57,759 nucleotides of DNA from a virus. Taxonomy: Duplodnaviria; Caudoviricetes. Location: positions 1 to 57,759 of the IMG/VR virus record IMGVR_UViG_3300048930_001334; one strand, 5' to 3'. Each line of letters starts with the position of its first letter. The first letter of the stretch is position 1. Below, piece after piece: positions 29,414-38,503 of this stretch. The notes beneath the pieces are model-generated. The model was not told where the DNA came from, ran no database searches, and saw nothing but the letters and a program-made list of their open reading frames with translations. Position numbers and translations under genes: made by a program.

Positions 29414-30526
29414 TCAGACGGCGGCGGTGTAGGCCGAGTCCACGGAGATCATGGAGTAGTCCAGGCCCTCGTATTGGGACTTGTCCGCACCGAAGATCGT
29501 CTCGAAGTACAGGATGGCGTCGTGGCCGCGGTCATCGCTGTCCTCGTCAATGCTCACGGTCATGCCATCCTTCATGCCCTTGGTGCCGTTGGCCACCACG
29601 ACAGCGTTGGCGCCCATGAACAGGCTGCGGGTGGCGGCGATGTTCGAGCCCGAACCGTAGTCCGAGAAGTACACGCCGAACTCCATCTCGTCGGTCAGCA
29701 CGCCGTTGAACATGCCGGCACCGCCCTTGAACAGTTCGGCTTCCTTGCCCACGGCGGCGGTCAGGGCCTTCTGGGCTTCAAACCAGCCCTGGGCGCCCAC
29801 GTCGTCGCGGATGTCCTGCATCACCTCGGGGCAGACGGCGAACACGAAGCACTCCTTGCCGCCCTTCATGACCTTTTCCATCTTCACCGGCTTGCCCTTG
29901 CCGCCGAGCATGCGGACGGCCTTGGTGCGCAGCTTGTTGATGGTGGCCAGGCTCAGCTTGTCGCCAGCGACCAGCGTGTTCTTGGCCTTGGAGCCATCGG
30001 GGCCGACGAACAGGTGCTTGGCATCGGGAGCGCGCAGGGCGTTCGGGTAGCCGGCGTAGCCTTCTTCCAGGGTGTGGAGTTCTTCGCCCACACCGCGGGC
30101 GCCGGCAGCGGCGGCCACGATGGTGTGCTCGTACAGCTCCTTGATGTAGTCGGTCAGCTTCTCGCGGCCCTGCTTGCGCAGGTTGAAGCCCACGCGGTCC
30201 TGGTCGATGCGGGCGCCGATGTTCACGCCATGGCGGTGCTCGTTGATCCGCATGGTGTGCGAGGCATGCGACATCTTGAACTCGTGGCCGGCGAGCTTTT
30301 CGCCTTCGCGGCGGGCGCGGCCTTGGAGCTTGGCGACCAGGGTGGTCGTCACTTCGTCGCCGGCACCCTTTTCGAGTTCGGTCTTGCGCACGACTGCGGA
30401 GCGCGAGCCCTCTTCACCGATCATGCGGGCGAAATACTGCTTCTGGGCAGCGTCGTTGGCGACTTTCGCCGCCCAGGCTTTGCGTTTGACCGGATCGGTC
30501 GGCAGGATGGAAGTGGTCTGTGCCAT
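29414..30526 (-). CDS. Major capsid protein, N4-gp56 family
   Basis: 370 aa; ELEKGAGDEV...EGEKLAGHE...INEHRHGV...LFKGGAGMFNGV; follows the scaffold gene. Confidence 0.88.
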   Translation of the reverse strand: MAQTTSILPTDPVKRKAWAAKVANDAAQKQYFARMIGEEGSRSAVVRKTELEKGAGDEVTTTLVAKLQGRARREGEKLAGHEFKMSHASHTMRINEHRHGVNIGARIDQDRVGFNLRKQGREKLTDYIKELYEHTIVAAAAGARGVGEELHTLEEGYAGYPNALRAPDAKHLFVGPDGSKAKNTLVAGDKLSLATINKLRTKAVRMLGGKGKPVKMEKVMKGGKECFVFAVCPEVMQDIRDDVGAQGWFEAQKALTAAVGKEAELFKGGAGMFNGVLTDEMEFGVYFSDYGSGSNIAATRSLFMGANAVVVANGTKGMKDGMTVSIDEDSDDRGHDAILYFETIFGADKSQYEGLDYSMISVDSAYTAAV

Positions 30527-30609
30527 GATTTACCTCTTGAGGTTTTGTCATGACGCACTCCTGCGCGCCGGGGAAACTCCCCGGTCTGGCCGGGGCCTTG
30601 AGGACTGGC

Positions 30610-30810
30610 TTACGCCGCGAGTTTCTCGGGTTTTCCGATCCTGACGGTCGGTGAAGCCTGAAACCTGATGCGAGCGGTCTGCCCGTCCTTCTTTTCGAGT
30701 ATCACAGTTACCGGTTCGGAGTCAACGCCACCGACGTTGCGCAAAACTACGCACTCTCCGGCGCGCATCTCCAGCACCAGACCGGCGCGCTGCTCCTTGC
30801 TCATGGTCAC
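30610..30810 (-). CDS. CsrA-fold-like small protein
   Basis: LVLEMRAGECVVL...VTVILEKKDGQTARIRFQASPTVRI aligns by eye with CsrA strands beta1-beta5; lacks the C-terminal helix. Confidence 0.55.
   Translation of the reverse strand: MTMSKEQRAGLVLEMRAGECVVLRNVGGVDSEPVTVILEKKDGQTARIRFQASPTVRIGKPEKLAA
30698..30727 (-). promoter_or_regulatory. Putative late promoter for the major capsid gene, inside the csrA-like ORF
   Basis: Minus strand CG-TTGACT-CCG, 16-bp spacer, TGn-GATACT. Confidence 0.55.
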
Positions 30811-31754
30811 TCTCCCAGCAGTGCAGCCTGTTGAGCCGGGCTGAGTTTCTGGAAGCCGGCCTCGAACGCTGCGCCGGACAGATTGGCCATCTGCTCGACC
30901 ACGCCGCCGCCGGTGTTCGGGGTGGCTGCCACCGGAACGCCGCGCAGGGTGGCCGGCGGTTTCTCGGTCGGCATGCGGGTGCCAGTGGGTTTGGCCTGCG
31001 TCTGCTGTGCGGTTTCCTGCTGTTTCTGCTGACCGTCCAGGCTCAGGCCACGGATGGCCAGAACCGTTTTGTTCGCATCGGAGGCCAGGTCGGCAAAACT
31101 CTTGGCGGCATTGGCCGGGTCGGCGCGCAGACCAGCCATCACCACGTCGAACTGGCGCTGTGCGGCTGCGTCCTTGGTGTAGTCCAGCACCGGCTTGGTG
31201 GTGTCCACGATCTGGGCGATCACCATGCCCTCGTAACGCGCGCTGGTCTGCTGGTTGATCTCGGCCAGGGTTTCGGCGCGGGAGATCTGGCGGTCGATCT
31301 TGGCCAGCTCGTTGGCCACCTTGATCTCGACGGCGGCATAGTCCTTGGCCTCAATCTCGCCGGACATGAGTTTTTCCAGCGCCTCGGCCTTCTCGGTCAT
31401 CAGGTCGGTGCGCTTGCCGTCCAATTCGGCCGGGATCTCGGCGGCGTATGCGGTCGGCGCCGGCTGCTTGATGCCAAGCGGGTCGGCCAGTTCGTTCAGC
31501 ACAGATTCGTCAACGCCATCAGCAGCCTGTTGGGCGGCAGCTTCGGCGGCTGTCCTTTCGGCTACGTCATTGAACGCCTCATCGTCGGTGGTGTTCGGGT
31601 CCAATGCTGCGGGGTCGCTGGAAGCCTGGGCGTCGGGCTCCAGAGCGGCGGTGTCGTCGTCCAGATCACCGAACGGGTCTTTGCCGGCGGCCTCGGCGGC
31701 TTCAATGGCTTTCAGGGCTTCGGCTTCGGCGGGGGAAAGATGGGATTTGGTCAT
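30807..31754 (-). CDS. Capsid scaffolding protein
   Basis: 315 aa, acidic N-terminus, helical; between portal and capsid genes. Confidence 0.7.
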   Translation of the reverse strand: MTKSHLSPAEAEALKAIEAAEAAGKDPFGDLDDDTAALEPDAQASSDPAALDPNTTDDEAFNDVAERTAAEAAAQQAADGVDESVLNELADPLGIKQPAPTAYAAEIPAELDGKRTDLMTEKAEALEKLMSGEIEAKDYAAVEIKVANELAKIDRQISRAETLAEINQQTSARYEGMVIAQIVDTTKPVLDYTKDAAAQRQFDVVMAGLRADPANAAKSFADLASDANKTVLAIRGLSLDGQQKQQETAQQTQAKPTGTRMPTEKPPATLRGVPVAATPNTGGGVVEQMANLSGAAFEAGFQKLSPAQQAALLGE

Positions 31755-31817
31755 GGCTCATGCTCCTGCGAGCGGTTGTTGAGGGAGTCCGTGACCGGTT
31801 GCTTCGATGACGTTCAA

Positions 31818-32021
31818 TCAGACCTTGCCGCCATCGGCAATTGTCTTGAGAGCTTTCTGCTCTTCGAGTTTTTCCTTGGCGGCACGCTGGACGTTCTTCA
31901 TGCGCTTGGGATCGGCCTGGATCTCCTTGGCGCGCACGATGGTCATGAGATCGTCGTGGGCCTGCCATTTGTCGTAGTCGCTCGCTTTCTGCTGAGATGC
32001 GACGGCTCCAATGCCGTTCAT
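31818..32021 (-). CDS. Hypothetical protein
   Basis: 67 aa, ATGA overlap with the portal stop; AGGAG SD. Confidence 0.65.
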   Translation of the reverse strand: MNGIGAVASQQKASDYDKWQAHDDLMTIVRAKEIQADPKRMKNVQRAAKEKLEEQKALKTIADGGKV

Positions 32022-34183
32022 GCTGGTACTCCTGCTGGGTCGGTTGGTGGAACTGTCTCGGCCGGCGGCATCGGCTGCGCTGGCTGCTGCGCGTCGATCA
32101 CCTGCGGCGCGGCCATGTCGCGGAACCCTGCGGAGCGCAGCAGTTCGTCGGCCACCGGCATTGCCTGCGGCATGGCCATGAGGGTTGCGGCGGCTTGTGC
32201 GGACTGGTACAGCGCATCGAGGCGCGCGGCCCAGGTTTCGGCCTCCAGCTTCTCGCCATTGGCCTGCGCTTCCTTCACGGCGGCTTTCATCTGTGCCATC
32301 TGCAGCTCGAACTGCGCTTGTGCCTGCGCCTGTTTCCGCCGGCGGTCTGCCTGCTGCTCGGGCGAGAGCTTGCCGTCCAGCGGTGCCTGTCCGTTGATCG
32401 CGCGGATGCGCTCAAGGATCACTGCCTTCTTCGGCAGGTTCGGGTGCATCTCAAAAAGTACGTCCAAGATGTTCAGCACCACCTGCGGTGCGGCGGCTGC
32501 AAGCTGGGTGAACACCTGCATCATGGAGTCGAACGCCGCTTCGGCCAGCGTCTGTTTCCACGCCTGCTCGCCAACCTTGAAACGCGCCTGACGGGTGGTG
32601 ATGTCGTTGACGTACTGGCCGCTGGCCTCGTCCCACTGGTTCAGGGTGGTGTACTGCTGGGTGTTCTTGTCGTCCTCGGTGATGACCGTCACCGGCATGG
32701 TGATGAATTGCTCGGCCAGCGAAAGCACCATCTCGCCTTCCATCTGGCGGGCCAGCAGCAGGTTGTCGAACAGTTCCGTGGTCAGCCGCGTGCCCTGGTC
32801 CTGCTTTGCCAGCACCGCACGCCCTGACGTGGCGTTCGTGTCAAGCCCGCGGTTCTCACCGGTCACGCCGGACATCTGGCGCAGCGACTGGATGTCCAGT
32901 GAGGCCAGGTTGGTCTGCTGGATGGCTGCGCTCTGGTGCTCGCGCTCCTGAACCTTGCCGCCGGACAGTGCGCCAGCGGCGAACACGGCCATGCCGTTCG
33001 GGTCGTTGAGTTCTTCGCGCAGCTCGTGCAGGTCCATGACCTCCTTGTCCCATGTGCCGACCTCCAGCTTGATCTGGTTGCTGCTGGCCTCGAAAAGCGC
33101 GCGGGCCATGCGGTGGTTCAGGGACTCCTGCGGTCCGATCATCTGCCAGATGGGGCCATACGGCAGGCCGGTGCGCTTGTTGCGGTAGGCCCAGACCGGG
33201 ATGAACGGGAAACGGTCGTGGCGGAACGGGCTCATGGCCTCCACCAGCGTGTCCTTCTCCGTCATGATCGAGCACATCACCTTCCAAGTGATGGGGTCGG
33301 CGATGCCGTAGCGGTTGGGCTCCTTGTTCGGCACCGGAATGCGGCTCCAGCACTCCATCAGCAGCACGCGCGGGCGACCATTGAACAGGTCCACCGGCGA
33401 ATCCATGAGGTAGTCCAGTTCGTTGTTGGAGCCAGTGGCGAAGTCGTCCAGGCTGGAAATCAGGCCGGAACCGATCAACCAGTCATGAAACAGGCGGGCA
33501 TCCTCGCCTTCCTGCATGCAGGATCGAATCTCCTGCTCCTTGTCGGGGAAGCAGGCCAGCGCCACGTCCAGATCCACCACCTTGATGCGGAAGATGAACC
33601 GGGCATCGCTCATGTCCGCCTTGGTGGCGCGGCTGTCGTAGATGATGTTGCGCCAGCTCTCGGCGCCGATGTAGATGGGCGGGCCGTTCTTGTCGCCTCG
33701 CAACCCGACCTCGATCCAGCCCAGACCGGCCTTGAAAGCGTCGTCGGCCGCCTGGCTGCGCTCAAAGCCTGCGCGATTGGTGGCGTCCAGCCACTTCATC
33801 AGCTTGGTCTTGGCCGTGGCGTCCTCGCTGGCTTCATCGCCTGGTTCCTCGGCCACCACGATGAAATCAACCCGCGTCTGCCGCTCGGTGCCGATCAGCC
33901 AGTCGATGGTCGGCTTGACCTCGTTGTAAACCACCGGCCTCTGCCCACGGGCGCGCAGTTCCTGGGCGTCCTCGTGCTTCCACTGCTCGCCGTCGTAAAA
34001 GGACTCTGACCTAGCCATGAGTGCCCTGTTGGCCGCCTGGCGCGCGGCTTCACCCAGAAACCAGTTCTTGCGCTGCTCGTGGCGCATCCGTACCGATTCC
34101 GGGTCCATCTTGAGGCCGCCGGATGGCGTCACCTGGCTGGCCTTCTCTTCTGGCGTCACCGCCGTGGGTTTCTTCGTGGCCAT
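32018..34183 (-). CDS. Portal protein (P22-like)
   Basis: 721 aa; FYDGEQW...RGQRPVVYNEVKPTIDWLIG...SGRAVLAKQDQG; Gln-rich C-terminal barrel region. Confidence 0.9.
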   Translation of the reverse strand: MATKKPTAVTPEEKASQVTPSGGLKMDPESVRMRHEQRKNWFLGEAARQAANRALMARSESFYDGEQWKHEDAQELRARGQRPVVYNEVKPTIDWLIGTERQTRVDFIVVAEEPGDEASEDATAKTKLMKWLDATNRAGFERSQAADDAFKAGLGWIEVGLRGDKNGPPIYIGAESWRNIIYDSRATKADMSDARFIFRIKVVDLDVALACFPDKEQEIRSCMQEGEDARLFHDWLIGSGLISSLDDFATGSNNELDYLMDSPVDLFNGRPRVLLMECWSRIPVPNKEPNRYGIADPITWKVMCSIMTEKDTLVEAMSPFRHDRFPFIPVWAYRNKRTGLPYGPIWQMIGPQESLNHRMARALFEASSNQIKLEVGTWDKEVMDLHELREELNDPNGMAVFAAGALSGGKVQEREHQSAAIQQTNLASLDIQSLRQMSGVTGENRGLDTNATSGRAVLAKQDQGTRLTTELFDNLLLARQMEGEMVLSLAEQFITMPVTVITEDDKNTQQYTTLNQWDEASGQYVNDITTRQARFKVGEQAWKQTLAEAAFDSMMQVFTQLAAAAPQVVLNILDVLFEMHPNLPKKAVILERIRAINGQAPLDGKLSPEQQADRRRKQAQAQAQFELQMAQMKAAVKEAQANGEKLEAETWAARLDALYQSAQAAATLMAMPQAMPVADELLRSAGFRDMAAPQVIDAQQPAQPMPPAETVPPTDPAGVPA

Positions 34184-34184
34184 G

Positions 34185-34688
34185 TCACACCTCGCCTTCG
34201 TGGATCACCTTGCCGGATTCCTTGATGCTGGCCTTGACCTCCCACATGGGACTGGTGTCAAGCTGCTTGCGCACCTCGCGCGGGGCCACCGGCATGTGGA
34301 CCAACTGCTCGGCGAACTTGAGCACCACGTCACACAGGGCGATGTGGGCCTGCTTGTCGTTGGGGTCTTTGCCCAGCAGCGGCATGGCGGCTCTGGCCTC
34401 GCGCTGGCAGTGCTCGCTGACCGATCCGGTGCAGTTGCCGTGCTGGTCGAATCCCACGAACTCCGTGATGGCGGTACGCAGGATGGCCCACATGCCCAGG
34501 CTCTCGGTGCCGGCCTGCAGGATGTTGCCGGCCGACCAGATGACCATGGCGGGTTTTGCCTTGCGGCCTTCGCCCACCCATTCGAGTGAGCACACATAGC
34601 CGCGGTGCTCTGCGACTTTCCACGCTTGGCGGCCACCGGCGGTGAACACGGGATGGCCTTCCGGCGAGAGGACTGGTGACATTTGCAT
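34185..34688 (-). CDS. Hypothetical protein
   Basis: 167 aa with GGGAG SD, between terL and portal. Confidence 0.65.
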   Translation of the reverse strand: MQMSPVLSPEGHPVFTAGGRQAWKVAEHRGYVCSLEWVGEGRKAKPAMVIWSAGNILQAGTESLGMWAILRTAITEFVGFDQHGNCTGSVSEHCQREARAAMPLLGKDPNDKQAHIALCDVVLKFAEQLVHMPVAPREVRKQLDTSPMWEVKASIKESGKVIHEGEV

Positions 34689-34785
34689 TACTTTCTCCCT
34701 TTTTGAAAGCGCGGTTTTAAGCCAGAAATTGTTACAAATTTGATGCGTTAGTGCCTATTTCGTCACAATGCACCGTTGGTCGGAT

Positions 34786-36303
34786 TCACAGGCCAGACCT
34801 CCGCCGCGACTTGAAGGCGCGCAGGCTGTCGGCGTCCATGTTTGGCTGATTCGGGCGCTGCGCCCACTGGCGGAAAGCGTCGGCGCCGTTGGAGGCCCAG
34901 TTGTGGTACGGCTCGGCGCTCCACATACCGCGCTTCTCGTCCCACACGTATTGGTAGCCGTCCAGGCACTTGATGCCTTCGGCGCACTTGACGACGCAGA
35001 TGCGGGCGCCCTTCTTCATGGCGTCCCGCGTCAGGTCGATGCCCACCGAAAGGTCGGACACGCGCGGCACGATCTCCACGTTCTTGACGTTGAGCTTCTT
35101 GGTCAGGATGGAGAATGCGGACTCGATCTCTTCGCCCTGGCGCTCGGCCTTGCCGTCGTGAGGAAGCCAGTGTTTTCCCCAGCGCTCGAATCCGTGCTCG
35201 GCCTTGAAGTCCTCCAGCCGCTGCCACCATTTGCGCAGGCCCACACGGGTGTCGTGCATGTAGCCGATGAAGTGGTGCCACTGGCCGATCTCTTGGTGCA
35301 GCCAGATGGCGGTGTGGTCGTTGGAGCCCAGATCCCAGAAGGTGTTGACCGGCTCAAGCGGGTCGATGGGCAGGTCTGCAATGCGGCCATGCTCGCGCAT
35401 GAACGTCATTTCATCGCCGTAGATCGCTCCGTCCACGGCCTGCTCGAAGGCTTCCTTTGGAGTGGATGGGTACTCGCGCTTCATGTCGCGGCCCAGCGTC
35501 TCGGCCTTCTTGACGTACCAGGCGCGCTGCTGGTCGCTCAGCTTGGCGGCTGTCTCGGCTTCGATCTTGTGGAAATACTTGCCTTCGGCGTCAGATATGC
35601 GGATGCCGTCAGGGTTGAGGCGGTAGTCGGCCGACCTGAACCACGGGAAGAAGTGAAGGCGGAAGTCCAGATCGCTCAGGCGCTCCTTGGCCTCATGCTT
35701 CTTGAGCGCAGCGTCGGTCAGCTCGTAGAAGGAGCCTGCTGCTCCCTCTGCGGTGGACTCCACCACGATGATGCCGCCACCAAGGGGAACGGCCTCAAAG
35801 GCGCCGGTGACGATCTCGCGCGCCTTCTCGGGGTACTTGCGGGCGATCTTGCCCATTTCCGATACGTGCAGCATCTGCAGGGTGCCGCCGCGGGCGCTGG
35901 TTCCCACCGAGAAAGCGGAGTCGTTCGCCCAGATAAGTTCGGTGTCGGTGCGCTTCTTGACAGGCTTGAGTGCTCGGATGGCCTCGGGCAGGCGGTCATA
36001 GGCGAAGCTGGCCTTGCGGAACAGCTTGACGGCGTTCGGCAGGGTGTCGGCGATCACGCCGGCCGCGAAGTTGTCATTGAACAGGCACTGGTCAAGCGCC
36101 AGGATCTGCATGAGGGTTGAAAACCCCAACTGCCGCGCCTTGAGGATGACGTTTCGCGTGTGCAGGTTGTCGTAGAACGCGCGCTGCTCGGGGTTCGGTT
36201 TGAACGGAACGGGTCGGCCGTCCTTGTCCACGATCCAGTACAGGTTCTCGATCCGCCACCACGGGTCGGCGAGAGCGTGCAGAAGATCGTCCTCGCGCAT
36301 CAT
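34786..36303 (-). CDS. terL: Terminase large subunit
   Basis: ILKARQLGFST (Walker A), LHVSE (Walker B), VESTAEG, nuclease WDLG...LPHD...SNGADAF. Confidence 0.95.
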   Translation of the reverse strand: MMREDDLLHALADPWWRIENLYWIVDKDGRPVPFKPNPEQRAFYDNLHTRNVILKARQLGFSTLMQILALDQCLFNDNFAAGVIADTLPNAVKLFRKASFAYDRLPEAIRALKPVKKRTDTELIWANDSAFSVGTSARGGTLQMLHVSEMGKIARKYPEKAREIVTGAFEAVPLGGGIIVVESTAEGAAGSFYELTDAALKKHEAKERLSDLDFRLHFFPWFRSADYRLNPDGIRISDAEGKYFHKIEAETAAKLSDQQRAWYVKKAETLGRDMKREYPSTPKEAFEQAVDGAIYGDEMTFMREHGRIADLPIDPLEPVNTFWDLGSNDHTAIWLHQEIGQWHHFIGYMHDTRVGLRKWWQRLEDFKAEHGFERWGKHWLPHDGKAERQGEEIESAFSILTKKLNVKNVEIVPRVSDLSVGIDLTRDAMKKGARICVVKCAEGIKCLDGYQYVWDEKRGMWSAEPYHNWASNGADAFRQWAQRPNQPNMDADSLRAFKSRRRSGL

Positions 36304-36905
36304 TGCTCGGACTTCTTGACGGGCAGGCGACTGCCGCGGGCGGACAGTTCGGCCATGAAGCGGGCCATGGCGTCACCCGGGTTGTTCTGCTCGTTGTCGG
36401 CTTTGAACAGGCCCTTGTGCTTGAACAGGCGCTCGATGGCTGAGTTCTTGTCGGCGATCTTGTACTTGAGCACCTGGCCGACTCCAACGTCAGCGTTGCC
36501 GACCGCGGCCACATCCAAGCCCTGGATGGCCGCCGCTGTGTCGTCGTCCAGTTGGTTGAGTGGCAGCGGGTTGCCGTCCTTGTCCACCAGCTTGCGGATG
36601 TCGAAGAACGCCAGGCGCATGGCTTCCTGCAGCAGCCGCTCGGTGGTCAGGCCGATGGCTTTGGACCGTTTCTCGCTGATTTCCGAGATTGCGGCTTGAA
36701 CTGAAGGTTTCTGCAGCAGTTGATAGCCTTGCTGCTCGGCGGTTTTCTCGGAATAGCCGGCCTTGATGGCGGACTGCTTGGCGTTGAGCGTCTGTACGTA
36801 GTGCTCCACGAACAGGGTTTGCCTGTCGTTGAGTTCTCGTGTCGGCTTGGCCGGGGATGTCTTTGCGCTCTCCTGTGCGGGAGGCGCGCTCTTGCGCGCT
36901 GGCAT
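36300..36905 (-). CDS. terS: Terminase small subunit
   Basis: FVEHYVQTLNAKQSAIKAGYSEKTAEQQGYQLL. Confidence 0.93.
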   Translation of the reverse strand: MPARKSAPPAQESAKTSPAKPTRELNDRQTLFVEHYVQTLNAKQSAIKAGYSEKTAEQQGYQLLQKPSVQAAISEISEKRSKAIGLTTERLLQEAMRLAFFDIRKLVDKDGNPLPLNQLDDDTAAAIQGLDVAAVGNADVGVGQVLKYKIADKNSAIERLFKHKGLFKADNEQNNPGDAMARFMAELSARGSRLPVKKSEQ

Positions 36906-36990
36906 GTTGGGAGACTCCGAAAAGGCGCCCCAGGCGGTGAGGCCCGGGGCGTGAAGGTCATCGTTGCAACCGGATCAACCGGCGAGGCGC

Positions 36991-37024
36991 ATTACGCCTG
37001 AACTGTGTACGGAGTCAACGTGTC
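36991..37024 (-). promoter_or_regulatory. Phage-specific (putative late) promoter upstream of terS
   Basis: Minus strand GACACG-TTGACT-CCG, 16-bp spacer, CGTAAT. Confidence 0.72.
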
Positions 37025-37151
37025 GGGGTCTGGGTGTGGATCGGCTACTTATGAACCGTTTTTTGAAGTGCTCGGGCACAATAGCGCAACGCCCCATGCG
37101 GTCAGGCATGAGGCGTCACTTCCCAAACCATTGCTTATAAGGAGCAACAGC

Positions 37152-37676
37152 ATGAGCGGCAGGAATACTACCCCAAAGCGTCCGATCAGAATCGAAGGAG
37201 ATGTTGCCTACGTGCCTCTGACAAGAGGCTGCGAGGCATGCATAGATTCCTGTGACGTTCCGTTGGTTGATGGCATGAATTGGTATGCCCTCAAAAGGCG
37301 CAACAAGTTTTATGCCGTCGGTTGGCTCAGGAAGCCAGGCGGGTCAAAGACGCTTCTGCTCATGCACCGGCTGATTTCTGCCACTCCGGCAGGCCTTGAA
37401 ACAGATCACGTTGATGGAGACGGCCTGAACAACCGGCGGGAAAATTTGAGACACGCAACAACTGCAGAGAACCAGTGCAACAGGGGCGCACAGAAAAACA
37501 ATACGTCAGGCCGGAAAGGCATCACGTTCCACAAATCCACTGGAAGGTGGGCGTCCAGGATAACAATGAACGGCAAACGCCATCTCGTCGGCTATTTCGC
37601 CACACCTGAGTTAGCCTGGGAGGCCTACTGTGCAGCCGCTGAACGCATACATGGCGAGTTTGCGAGAGCGGCCTGA
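37152..37676 (+). CDS. HNH endonuclease with AP2 domain
   Basis: MHRLI...TDHVDGDGLNNRRENLR...NTSGRKGI...GYFATPELA; AAGGAG SD before ATG 37152; lower GC, opposite strand to neighbours. Confidence 0.9.
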   Translation: MSGRNTTPKRPIRIEGDVAYVPLTRGCEACIDSCDVPLVDGMNWYALKRRNKFYAVGWLRKPGGSKTLLLMHRLISATPAGLETDHVDGDGLNNRRENLRHATTAENQCNRGAQKNNTSGRKGITFHKSTGRWASRITMNGKRHLVGYFATPELAWEAYCAAAERIHGEFARAA

Positions 37677-37710
37677 TTCAGCCCACCGGATCAGGGACCG
37701 CGGCGGGATT

Positions 37711-37965
37711 CTATTGGCGATCAGTGCTGGTAGCAACGTGAAATTGCTCCCTCCTTGCTCGCTCGATCCAAGCGTCAGCATCCTCTCCAAGTGCGTGGAT
37801 CGCTGCGGCAGCAACAGAGGCAACAGCGAGTGAACCGCATACAGCGATGCCACCGGACATCCCAAGGATCTCAAGGCGTGGACCCATGACAGTAGGACCG
37901 GCATGCCCGACAACAGCGCCGGGGTGCATCGGGAATGCACGCGATGATGGTTCAGTCATGTTCAA
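37711..37965 (-). CDS. Hypothetical protein
   Basis: 84-aa ORF coupled to the upstream stop; one hydrophobic stretch. Confidence 0.45.
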   Translation of the reverse strand: MNMTEPSSRAFPMHPGAVVGHAGPTVMGPRLEILGMSGGIAVCGSLAVASVAAAAIHALGEDADAWIERARREQFHVATSTDRQ

Positions 37966-38195
37966 ACCTCTCGGACCATGAACACCGGCTGCTGCTGCGC
38001 GCCGTCGCTCTCCACGTAGCCCAGCTTCTGCAGGCGGTGGATCAGGCGGCGGGCCTTGAGCTTGCTGGAGCGGCAGGCTTTGACCACCTCGGGGTGGGTT
38101 TCGATCTTGCGCTCGGTGGCCGGGCCGATGGCGGCCATGACTTCGAGGATTGTGGCGATGGTGCCCTGCAGGCCGGGTTTGCTGGTGTCGGTCAT
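37962..38195 (-). CDS. Putative winged-helix DNA-binding protein
   Basis: ARRLIHRLQKLGYVE; start set at ATG 38195. Confidence 0.5.
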   Translation of the reverse strand: MTDTSKPGLQGTIATILEVMAAIGPATERKIETHPEVVKACRSSKLKARRLIHRLQKLGYVESDGAQQQPVFMVREV

Positions 38196-38209
38196 GGTTT
38201 CGCTGGTGG

Positions 38210-38503
38210 TCACTTGATGGAATCGGTCAGGTGGTTGGGGTTGCAGCGGCCTTCCTTCTCCATCAGCCGTGCGCGGCTGGCAAGGCAGTCCTCGCAGAAG
38301 TTGTAGAAGATGTTGAAGGCGGGTTCTCCGCGGACGATGGCGATGACGGTCTGCTCGTCGCGCTGGTTCTGGACCGCAGCCGCGCTCTTGAGGAAGGTCA
38401 ACCAGGCTCGGCGGTCGGGCCAGCATGGCGGGTGATCTGGCGCCAGGTCGTCCACGGCATCGGACAGGTTCAGGCGTTGGGCCGGTGCGGTCGGTGTCTT
38501 CAT
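38210..38503 (-). CDS. Hypothetical Cys-containing protein
   Basis: ATG 38503 overlaps the upstream stop; PPCW...FCEDC...GRC. Confidence 0.6.
   Translation of the reverse strand: MKTPTAPAQRLNLSDAVDDLAPDHPPCWPDRRAWLTFLKSAAAVQNQRDEQTVIAIVRGEPAFNIFYNFCEDCLASRARLMEKEGRCNPNHLTDSIK

Noticed and set aside
616-36699. Long plus-strand ORFs (e.g. 2137-4215, 4921-8169, 9145-10752, 19897-22218, 30831-32591, 34768-36120)
   Set aside because: Antisense shadows of well-supported minus-strand genes, typical of high-GC DNA; no recognisable motifs.
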